NCBI GenBank assembly: GCA_965218425.1
Contig: OZ244621.1
Span: 1,536,001-1,600,000 of the forward strand
Origin: an uncultured Candidatus Binatia bacterium
Lineage (GTDB): Bacteria; Desulfobacterota; Binatia; UBA9968; CAXXLF01
DNA: 64,000 nucleotides
Direction: 5' to 3'
In this document: positions 29,721 to 38,084 of the stretch, piece by piece
How the letters are laid out: each line of letters opens with the position of its first letter
How positions within the stretch are numbered: position 1 is the first letter of the stretch
Notes under the pieces: model-generated
What the model saw: only the letters and a program-made list of their open reading frames with translations
What the model was told of the DNA's origin: nothing
Database searches by the model: none
Made by a program: the position numbers and the translations under genes

Positions 29721-30751
29721 AACGGTCTGTTGCCCAAACGTCGGTTCAATAGCGCAATGTGAGCCATTACCCCACGGTCATAGCACTCCAGAAAATTAGC
29801 TGTAGTCCCGTACTTGCTGTCGGCTACCACCACCTGGGCACTGCGTTGGGTATGGGCCTGATGATCCTTAAGGAGATCTGTCATGCGATGTGCTTCATTC
29901 TCATCCCCAGGGCCAACCATCGTCGCGGTAATCACCCCATACGCACCGTCAATCCCTCGGTGGGTCTGATAACGCAAATTAGAGTTCCCTTTCTTTCCCT
30001 TGCGTAGCACCGAGGCATCTGGATCGGTCGCCGACACGTAGCGCTGGTTGACAACGTTTTGCCGGGCAGGGTTCTGCGGTGGATCCTCATGCTTGTCCTC
30101 TCTTGCCTGTTCCCGCTCCTCCAATCGCCCCTCCAACTCCTTGTATGCTGGCCTCAGGTAACGTTTAAGCCCCTGGGTGTCTATGATCGAGTGGCTCGAT
30201 GCATCCGCAGCAATCAAACTGGAGTCGCAAAATAGCTTGCTCCCGTCTACTAACCCGCTCTCCACACACTGCCACACTACTCGTTCGAAAAAGGAGCGAA
30301 ACAACTCTACCCCCCAACGCCTCCTCGCCTTGCTCAGAACGCTGTGCTCGGGTATCTCCGAATCCAACTCCAATCCCAGAAACCACAACCAGTCCAGCCG
30401 CTCCGGTAATGTCGCCATCAACTCCCGCTCGCTACCAACGTTGTACAGCACCAAAAGCATCATCAGCTTTAATATCATTGGCGGTGCAATCGATACGTTG
30501 CCGTTGTATCCATATCGATCCTTGACTTCTTGGTACACAAAATCAAAATCCACCATCCGTGCTACTTTGCGTAACACGTGGTCCGCTCGTATTCGTTTCT
30601 CCAGATTGATCCCTGTGTAGAACAGTGAAGGCTGAGGGGGGGGTGATGACCCATCATAGCTTTGCTCCCTAAGTACCGAAATAACTGAGAGCATTATAAC
30701 CAGAGGGCTCTCTTAACGCATTAAAAATATCGATTTGGGCAACAGACCGTT
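29721..30751 (-). mobile_element. IS1182-family element with 3'-deleted transposase
   Basis: Perfect 18 bp IRs AACGGTCTGTTGCCCAAA (29721-29738 and 30734-30751); ORF 29699-30694 has PEHSVLSKARRRWG, DSSLIAADAS, TDPDAS, ADSKYG but no C-terminal DDE part. Confidence 0.88.
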
Positions 30752-30791
30752 CTGTTGATAATTGGGATGTGAACTGTAATTTAGGCTATCA

Positions 30792-31178
30792 ATGTCACGG
30801 CCATTACGCATTGAATATCGGGGTGCAGTCCATCGTTTGATGAAACGAGGATCTGCCCGCCGAAAGGCGTTCCTAAGCAGGGGCGACTATGGGGAATGTC
30901 TGAAGGCGGTTTCACAGGCACACGATCTATGGGGGGTACAAGATCTGGTGAGGAGCCGCAGAGGAGGGGAGAACGAGGGGAGGAAAGTTGGGATGTGCCT
31001 AATGAGAGGCTAAGCGATATGACGTTGGTGGAAGTAGCCAGGGAGTTTGGAGTGAGGAGTTGGGGTGCGGCGGGCCGGGCGTGCCACGGGATTCAATTGA
31101 AGCGTGAGGCGGATAGAAGATTTCGGAGGCGGCTGGAGAATCCGGAAGATGTTGTTCGTCAACAATAGATTTGATCCC
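30792..31178 (+). pseudogene. Internally deleted RAYT transposase
   Basis: N-terminal MSRPLRIEYRGAVHRLMKRGSARR joined to a DnaA-C-like HTH (ENEGRKVGM...MTLVEVAREFGV); HUH core missing; ends ATTTGATCCC. Confidence 0.8.
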
Positions 31179-31184
31179 TTTGTT

Positions 31185-31250
31185 TTAGCGCTCTCTCAAT
31201 AACTTTTGGGAAGGCGAGATGAATCATGTCAAATGTCAAGGTCTGACCCC
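31185..31250 (+). repeat. Repeat B 3' part, copy 3
   Basis: TTAGCGCTCTCTCAATAACTTTTGGGAAGGCGAGATGAATCATGTCAAATGTCAAGGTCTGACCCC. Confidence 0.88.
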
Positions 31251-31257
31251 ATAAAAT

Positions 31258-31397
31258 CGCTCCGGTCGCGTGCTGAACCTGGGGGATGCGCTCATCGCCG
31301 GAACCGCCAAGCCCATGACCTCTCCGTCGCAACGAGGAATGTCGCGGACCTCGAGGGCCTGGACCTGGACGTGGCCAATCCCTGGGAGCCGCCGTGA
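31258..31397 (+). pseudogene. VapC (PIN) toxin C-terminal fragment
   Basis: DALIAGTAK then, after a frameshift, HDLSVATRNVADLEGLDLDVANPW*. Confidence 0.8.
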
Positions 31398-31607
31398 CCA
31401 CCATATATATCACCCCTACGCAGGCTGAGATTGTCAAGTCCAAAAGCGCACGATTCCTCCCCTTTTCGACCTATCAGAAAGATTTCGCACAGTTCCCTTT
31501 TTTGCGGATTTAGGTGTATAATTTCCTAATCAAACGATATCGCCGCCGAGGTCGATCTGTAGCCGGCCGGGCGGCGGGCGCGACAACCGCCCAGGGAGCA
31601 TCTACCC

Positions 31608-32279
31608 ATGGCAAAGAGGAAATCCGAGAAGGGGGACGAACCGACGAAAGTCGACGTCACCAAACCGCGGGAAAACAGGGGCAAGTTGAAGGCCGTCGGC
31701 GGCTCGCAGTCCGACCCCTGGAACTACACGCTCGCCACTCAGGCCCTGAGTGTGCTCTTGATCAACAACCCCGACGCCGAGCTCCGTAAGGAGCAATTGG
31801 ACGGCAACGTCGCCGCTCTGAAAAGCATCGGTCCCAAGGACGAGCTCGAAGGCATGATGGCGGCGCAGTTGATCGCCGCCCACAACGTCGCGATGGAGTG
31901 CTACCGCCGCGCCATGATAGACGAACAGACCCTTGAGGGATTGCGCGAGTACCTGAACCAGGCGAACAAGCTCTCCCGCACCTGGACGACCCTGCTTGAA
32001 GCGCTGAACAAGCACCGCGGCAAAGGCGGGCAGAAGGTGACGGTCGAGCATGTCCACGTCCATGCCGGCGGACAGGCGGTGGTCGGCGCCTTCAAGGGAG
32101 CGGGGAATGGTAAGCGCGCGAATTCGGAGAAACAAACCAGTGCAGAGCAGAATGCCCATGCACCTCAGCCCGCGCTGCGGAGCCCGGACACGAAAAAGGA
32201 GGCCATGCCGGTCGCCCGCGATGGCGAACGGCCGCTGCCGGATGCATGGGGGAACCTCGCCCGGCGCACCGATCGGTAA
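31608..32279 (+). CDS. Hypothetical protein of mobile elements (partner of HGGxSTG proteins)
   Basis: IGPKDELEGMMAAQLIAAHN, ANKLSRT...LEALNKHRGKGGQKVTVEHVHVHAGGQAVVG. Confidence 0.75.
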   Translation: MAKRKSEKGDEPTKVDVTKPRENRGKLKAVGGSQSDPWNYTLATQALSVLLINNPDAELRKEQLDGNVAALKSIGPKDELEGMMAAQLIAAHNVAMECYRRAMIDEQTLEGLREYLNQANKLSRTWTTLLEALNKHRGKGGQKVTVEHVHVHAGGQAVVGAFKGAGNGKRANSEKQTSAEQNAHAPQPALRSPDTKKEAMPVARDGERPLPDAWGNLARRTDR

Positions 32280-32403
32280 CACCAATGCGCTCAAGCATGG
32301 GCGCTACACCGCCAAGGCGATCGCCGATCGCCGGGAGCTGGCGACGCTGCTGCGCACGATGCGCGTGCTTGTGAAAAAGGCGACGGGCAAGACCAGATTC
32401 TAG
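32152..32403 (+). CDS. HGGxSTG domain protein
   Basis: PRCGARTR..PCRSPAMANGRCRMHGGTSPGAP.GN.NALKHGRYT; start uncertain. Confidence 0.8.
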   Translation: MPMHLSPRCGARTRKRRPCRSPAMANGRCRMHGGTSPGAPIGNTNALKHGRYTAKAIADRRELATLLRTMRVLVKKATGKTRF

Positions 32404-32458
32404 CGGCTTCGCCGCCGGTCGCCACGCTTTGCCAGAGGAACGATAGCGGCGCGCTCAG

Positions 32459-32671
32459 CTATCCTACTCGCGAGCATGGGTAGGCGTTCTTTATGTAAAG
32501 ATGCAGGAATCTTCCTTTAGACGCCGCCCTCATCAACTGATCGTATATATTTCCAGGGCAATTATAGTATCGATAGATCGATCCACTTCGAAACTCGACC
32601 TCCAAAGTTTGTGTCGGCGCATCGTATCCGATCGACGCAACATTCGATGACGTTACCAAGTATCGTTTCAT
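32459..32671 (-). CDS. KTSC domain protein
   Basis: VTSSNVASIGYD...LEVEFRSGSIYRYYNCP...LMRAASKGRFLHLYIK. Confidence 0.92.
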   Translation of the reverse strand: MKRYLVTSSNVASIGYDAPTQTLEVEFRSGSIYRYYNCPGNIYDQLMRAASKGRFLHLYIKNAYPCSRVG

Positions 32672-32749
32672 TCGAGTCACTCGTTCGTCCTTTGGCTCAT
32701 CAGTCACCGCTTCGCGACTGATATTGACCTCTTTAGCCACGGCACGAAA

Positions 32750-33027
32750 CCGGGGTCAGGCAACATGAAAAAGGGGGCAAGCTCCAGCAGGACGGCGGTT
32801 GTAACGGCCATTAAACCTGAAAGGAGCAGATCCCATGCCTTACGTCGGGATAGACTATCACAAACGATACGCCCGGCTAAATGCCATCGACGAGAAAGAA
32901 CCGCATCCATGCTTTAGAACACCGCGTCCAAATGGACAGGACATTCCAAGGGAGAATTGGCGCAATACAAGCCGGAATCCGAAAGGGAAGGAAACCCAAA
33001 ATAGCAAGAAGGCAAGCCTGATACCGG
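32750..33027 (+). mobile_element. Miniature element A, copy 2
   Basis: CCGGGGTCAGGC...MPYVGIDYHKRYARLNAIDEK...GCCTGATACCGG (imperfect terminal IR). Confidence 0.78.
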
Positions 33028-33071
33028 TTACTTGACAAAAACCATTGAGGTAGCCATCCGTGTTTTTTGCA

Positions 33072-36000
33072 TCACGTCTTCGATCGTGGAAAGAGGGGCA
33101 TCCACTGGGCACCTCCCTTGCCGGACCCGTGCAAGATGGGCAACGAGTTGTTTGGACAATTGCGTGAAAACGTGAGTAAAAGTCCTTGGTCCTTGAACCC
33201 TAAGGGGGTGCGCTTTTGCACTCGGACTCCGAGGTCTCTAAGCAGAGTCTTAGCAGCGCTCATCTCCTCTTTCGACTCCCAGAAGCCAATGGAGCTAGTG
33301 AACGCAAAATGCTTGCTCTCCAGTGTTTCGCAAATCTCCAGGTCGGCATTTGGCATGGATTTGTTCAAATGCGCTCTGACTCGATACTCGCCCTCCACGG
33401 TGCTACAAAGTACGATCACTGACAAAGGTACTTCCGTTCCAACCTTTACCTGTTGGAACAAGTCCGAAAGTTCCGTTAGCTTCTCCACAAGGTTGTGTCC
33501 CGTACCAATCATATCATCTACGATGACCAAGCCGATATGTTTCCCGTCGTACTTGTTACCGACGACGTCATCAAGTTGAAGAGGTGTGACCACGTTCTCT
33601 GAACGAATCTCATTCGTGCGCGCATAGAGTTCTGCATAGAGTGCGCCACTCTTTCCAGGTCCATCGACGTAGGAGACCAAGATATCGTCCCGATGTTGTG
33701 AACGACTCTTTTGCACAGGCACCGGCAGTTTGCCACGGATCCATCTATGCGCCTCCGAAAGTTTCTTTCTGGTCTCGAGGTCACTAACAAAACGAACATT
33801 TTGCAGCAACTTGAGCAACCACCTCCGTTCAATGTTTGACTCTACTTGTTCAATCCATGCTCTTATCTTGTCTTCTGTGATCTGGCGTCCCTGGTAAAGG
33901 TCCCATTTATTTGCAACATCGACGATTTCCGTTGCTCGGACGTACGCTATGTCTTCACGATGTTGTTTAGCCTCAGCTAGTTCGTCACCCAACTGGTCAC
34001 TAACAAGCATTGAAAACCCACTTTCCCTTAGCCAAACGGCGAACAAATCAACGGCAGGCAGATACGCGCCGTTCTTCTCTCTAAACACTCTACGTCGGCA
34101 TAAGTCTTCCAAGAGGGGCAAGACTTCAGTAGTATTGAATACGCCAGAAAGTACATTTGCGCCAATGGACTCGTGAGTCAACGGCTTCTTTGATCGTGCG
34201 GTGCGTGCCCAGGCCATAAACAAGCGACACCGCTTAATCGAAACAATCTCAATGTCATTAGAGTCACCGCGTATGCCGTCTCTCCAGTAGTGCGCGAATG
34301 CATTTGTGTCGAGAGTTGCAACGACTTGTTCCGCGGCCTTCTCGACTTCAGCACTTGATATTTCAGCGTCCTTGGTCTCAACTGCGCACTCATAGACTTT
34401 TGCACATAGCATCTTGGTAAAATACGGGTGCCCGTCCGTAAGTTCGAACAATTTGCGGAGGGCAGGTTCGTGCAATTTAATCACATTCTCCACAGGAGTC
34501 TGGATCAAGGCGCGATAATCTCCCCACTCAGTCTGTAGACTGAAGCTGTCAAGTGATTCGCGATTAAATTTATTTAGTTTCTCTCCTTGAGATGCCATCA
34601 CATAAGGCATCCGTTCAGCGCCTACCAGCACGAATGCGATGTTACTCTTGGACGAAAGCGTTCGCAGATTTAGGAAGAACGTGTTCGCTAACTCTCCGTA
34701 CCTGTACAGAGACTCGTTGATTTCGTCGAACTCATCTAAAATCACAACAAAACGCGATTCCGGCTTTTGAGTTCTTAGTTGGTCTAGAAGACTGTTTAGA
34801 GGTATTAGAGACGATGAAAAGTCCTCCGATAGCCAACCAGCGGACTGTGGCAAATTTTCCGCGAGAAATCTCTCCAATTGTGTTCCGAGCTCCTTCAACG
34901 TGTCCTCGCCCGACGAATGCCGGATTTCACCACACTCAAGATATAGAACGTTATAGTCACCTGGATGTATGTTATTTTTGATTTTAGTCTCGACGGCACG
35001 AGCAAGAGAGCTCTTTCCTACGCGCTTTTGACCGGTGATGTAACAGGACTGCATCGAGTCGGAAGCCAAGCGGCGTAGAATTCTTTGCACAGCGTCTTTA
35101 CGCCCGTAAAACTCCTGGTCATGAGCGACTTCGAGGCTATAAGGCTGTTGGCGCGAGAGGTCATCCCAATTGAGGTCGTTACGCTGGCCCTTAGCCGTCA
35201 CAGAGAATGTTCGGGTATGATTCGAGGGGTCACCGATCACGCCCCACTGGATTTCTACTTCTAGCTCCAGGCTTTCACGTGGCTCGGTCACGTTGACGAT
35301 CAGTGTCAGCACAAACGAGCCGGGTTCTACATCGCCTAAGCTCGTCTCCTCGCTTTGTATCTCGCAGTGGTCTGCAACACAGGTAGCCCGAACATTTTGT
35401 GCCACGCCTGGGCCTTCGTTGGTAAGTGGTATAAAAATCTGAATCTCAGAGTCGGTTACGTGAAGTGGATATTTCTTTTCGATTTCAAACGGACTGACAG
35501 GCACAGAAATTATGCAAGCAAACTTATCAGCCATGGTTTCTTGCTGCGCCCGTGCAGCAGTCTGGGCTTGTAGAAGGAAAGGAAGCATGTACTCTTGCAC
35601 AATGAAGGTCGGAGTATTCGCGTATTGATTTAGTTCGTCAGCGATGCTCTCTAGCAGACACTGCATGCTTGCCTGTAGCTTGTGTCCCTGAGACTGCGCA
35701 AGACCATCAACAAGTTTGAGTAGGCTACTAACAGATGACCGCACAGGGTCGAATCCAAAAGCGTTCAGATAGCTCTTCGTCGGTCCGTGATTAAGTTCCG
35801 TCAGAATTGTCTGACGGCGACCCCATAAATCCTGTACGCTAGTGAACGGTTGCTGTAGATAACTCAAATGTTTACAAGCTGTATGGTGTATCGTTTTAGC
35901 CCATTGGATCTTTTTGTGATTTGGAGCATTCTTGTCCGGGAAAACCTTCGAGATCAGGTCAGGGCAACCTTCTTCGATTAGCCGCACAATGTGGCGTCGA

Positions 36001-36281
36001 CCTTTATTGATGTCGTCCGTAGTCAGAACGTCCGTACAACTGACCAGTCGAATGGAGATTAAACCCATGTCTCTCTTCATGTTATCGTTGCAACCTTTCG
36101 CGATTGCTTCGAATGTGTCGGCCAGAGAAAGGGAAGAGTCTGGCGCGATCTGAGCTAGATTCTGGAGCGAATCGCTAATGATGCGACGTGCGTTGGAAAG
36201 GTTGGAAGGATCGGTATTCAATTCGTAGAGTACAGATTCGATTCGAAGAATATCGTCATGCAAGTCATTCATTTTGTACAC
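33072..36281 (-). CDS. Large STAND-like P-loop ATPase with C-terminal phosphoribosyltransferase-like domain
   Basis: FYGR, Walker A GQKRVGKS, Walker B VVILDEFD, TDGHPY; C-terminal GKSG, VIVDDMIGTG, PLGF, PNNSLPIL, WMPLFPR. Confidence 0.8.
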   Translation of the reverse strand: MYKMNDLHDDILRIESVLYELNTDPSNLSNARRIISDSLQNLAQIAPDSSLSLADTFEAIAKGCNDNMKRDMGLISIRLVSCTDVLTTDDINKGRRHIVRLIEEGCPDLISKVFPDKNAPNHKKIQWAKTIHHTACKHLSYLQQPFTSVQDLWGRRQTILTELNHGPTKSYLNAFGFDPVRSSVSSLLKLVDGLAQSQGHKLQASMQCLLESIADELNQYANTPTFIVQEYMLPFLLQAQTAARAQQETMADKFACIISVPVSPFEIEKKYPLHVTDSEIQIFIPLTNEGPGVAQNVRATCVADHCEIQSEETSLGDVEPGSFVLTLIVNVTEPRESLELEVEIQWGVIGDPSNHTRTFSVTAKGQRNDLNWDDLSRQQPYSLEVAHDQEFYGRKDAVQRILRRLASDSMQSCYITGQKRVGKSSLARAVETKIKNNIHPGDYNVLYLECGEIRHSSGEDTLKELGTQLERFLAENLPQSAGWLSEDFSSSLIPLNSLLDQLRTQKPESRFVVILDEFDEINESLYRYGELANTFFLNLRTLSSKSNIAFVLVGAERMPYVMASQGEKLNKFNRESLDSFSLQTEWGDYRALIQTPVENVIKLHEPALRKLFELTDGHPYFTKMLCAKVYECAVETKDAEISSAEVEKAAEQVVATLDTNAFAHYWRDGIRGDSNDIEIVSIKRCRLFMAWARTARSKKPLTHESIGANVLSGVFNTTEVLPLLEDLCRRRVFREKNGAYLPAVDLFAVWLRESGFSMLVSDQLGDELAEAKQHREDIAYVRATEIVDVANKWDLYQGRQITEDKIRAWIEQVESNIERRWLLKLLQNVRFVSDLETRKKLSEAHRWIRGKLPVPVQKSRSQHRDDILVSYVDGPGKSGALYAELYARTNEIRSENVVTPLQLDDVVGNKYDGKHIGLVIVDDMIGTGHNLVEKLTELSDLFQQVKVGTEVPLSVIVLCSTVEGEYRVRAHLNKSMPNADLEICETLESKHFAFTSSIGFWESKEEMSAAKTLLRDLGVRVQKRTPLGFKDQGLLLTFSRNCPNNSLPILHGSGKGGAQWMPLFPRSKT

Positions 36282-36421
36282 ATCCTCATTCCTAATCTTC
36301 CCTCTTAGCCTTCTTGACTAACAAACGATTTGACGGGTTCAATTGGCCTATGAGCGGCTTGCACATTGGCTGCTTCCGATCCGTATCGTCCATCGGACTC
36401 TGGCGTTTTCAAGGTAAAACA

Positions 36422-38065
36422 TCAAGAGCCAGTATTACCAGACATTATGGGTCCAGCCCCGAGCGCAGCAGCGAGAGGTTCAATGCGTTTTCTGAGTTTC
36501 TTGGCCAGAGCCTCGTCACCCTGAACTCGGGAGATCAACGTTTGCTCATACGTCTTTCTACCTTTAAGTTCGAGGGCTTCAGTAATAGCTTTAAAAACGC
36601 TGCTCTCGCGGAGCGGATAGCGAGCAACGAGTTCGTCCAGTTTCTTCTCAGCAACAAGTTTCTTGAAGCGCACCAACTCATCTTGATAGGGAGAATCGGC
36701 AGACAGGTCGAATTTTGGCTTGGTTTTGATACATTTCCAATCGGGGACTTGCCGTAGTATCATATCACGTACTCGACCTTCGCAACGCCGCGCCGCCATC
36801 TTTTCGGCAAGGCTGTCCTGATTCAGGGCATCAAGTGCTTTCCGTGTCGCAGACTTTATCATATCGTTTGCGTCGCAACCCAGTGACTCTGCTTGTCGGT
36901 GGGCGACCGCGGCAATGGCATCTGAGCAATAGTAGAGTGCTTCGACCGAGTACACGTCCAAGGCAAACACGCCCTCCTTTGCAAGCTCCTGTATTTTGTC
37001 TTCCGCTTGATTGTCCCCATCGATAAGCCCAAACGCCTCGACGTGATGGAGATATCGGGATCCTCGCAGGCCGCTCACCGCTCTATGGACATCGATGCAA
37101 CTTCCCTTCGGCACCACCGAGATATCCGGAAATAGCGTGTGATAAAGTGGAAGGTCCAAACTTTGGGGCTCGCCTTCAACAAAGAGAATTCTTTTCCGGG
37201 AACCCAAGATAGCCCGTTTAAGATCCTCCGGCAGGTGTGCGTTCGCTTCAAGGAGTTTGACATCCCAAGCTTTTGCTGCGTCGCCGCTCCATTCGCATGA
37301 GCGAACCATCAGGACGCGTGCTTCCGGGTTGGCGACCGGCAGGTCGACCTCATGCGTTGAGACGACAAATGCGCAATCCGTGCGACGATCAAACAGTGCC
37401 GACAGAAATGGCTCGATGATGGACCGATGAAGATGCCGTTCCGGCTCATCAATCAACAACACGGTTCCCGGATCGACGGTTAGCATGGTGGCCGCTATTA
37501 TTGCGGCGTTCCGCTCCCCATCCGACATCTGAGCGATACTGTACGGCGCACTGCCGTCTCGATGCTGCGCGAGTATCTCTTCGTCATTGGAATTTTTGAG
37601 AGTGACCGCCAGCGTTCCGAGCGCGAGCAATTCGTTGAGTTGATCAAACGGAGAGGGCGATTTATCAAATTCCGCCTGTGCCTGTGATGGGTTTCGAGCA
37701 GCATGATGCTTGATGATGGACCGAGCCCGGGTGTTCTCCTTGGCAACCAAGTCAAATAGAACGGCCGATTGTCTTTCTTGTGCGTTATCATCTCGCCAAC
37801 GAGATTGGTTTTGTATTTCGCGCGGCGTGTTACTCTGATCAAACCATTTGCGCTGCTGCGGCGTGAGGTTGATGCTCCCGGACTGAAACCATGTCTGTCG
37901 ATGCGCCGAAATGCGCCTGATTTTCTTACCTGGATTCGATGAAACAAGGTGTTGAATCAATGCCGATTTTCCAGAGCCATTGGCGCCAACAATGAAGAGC
38001 CGGTCGTTGTCATCGAGAGATATTTGGAGCGGTTGGCCTGAAATTTGAGGAATATTCCAATTCAT
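36422..38065 (-). CDS. ABC-type ATPase fused to a TOPRIM (DUF4435-like) domain
   Basis: GANGSGKS, MSDGER, LLIDEPERHLH, STH; then ILFVEGE and GLIDGD. Confidence 0.8.
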   Translation of the reverse strand: MNWNIPQISGQPLQISLDDNDRLFIVGANGSGKSALIQHLVSSNPGKKIRRISAHRQTWFQSGSINLTPQQRKWFDQSNTPREIQNQSRWRDDNAQERQSAVLFDLVAKENTRARSIIKHHAARNPSQAQAEFDKSPSPFDQLNELLALGTLAVTLKNSNDEEILAQHRDGSAPYSIAQMSDGERNAAIIAATMLTVDPGTVLLIDEPERHLHRSIIEPFLSALFDRRTDCAFVVSTHEVDLPVANPEARVLMVRSCEWSGDAAKAWDVKLLEANAHLPEDLKRAILGSRKRILFVEGEPQSLDLPLYHTLFPDISVVPKGSCIDVHRAVSGLRGSRYLHHVEAFGLIDGDNQAEDKIQELAKEGVFALDVYSVEALYYCSDAIAAVAHRQAESLGCDANDMIKSATRKALDALNQDSLAEKMAARRCEGRVRDMILRQVPDWKCIKTKPKFDLSADSPYQDELVRFKKLVAEKKLDELVARYPLRESSVFKAITEALELKGRKTYEQTLISRVQGDEALAKKLRKRIEPLAAALGAGPIMSGNTGS

Positions 38066-38084
38066 CAGATATTCTCCTAGTGGA

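Noticed and set aside
31608..32671. Prophage
   Set aside because: No integrase, large terminase, capsid or tail genes
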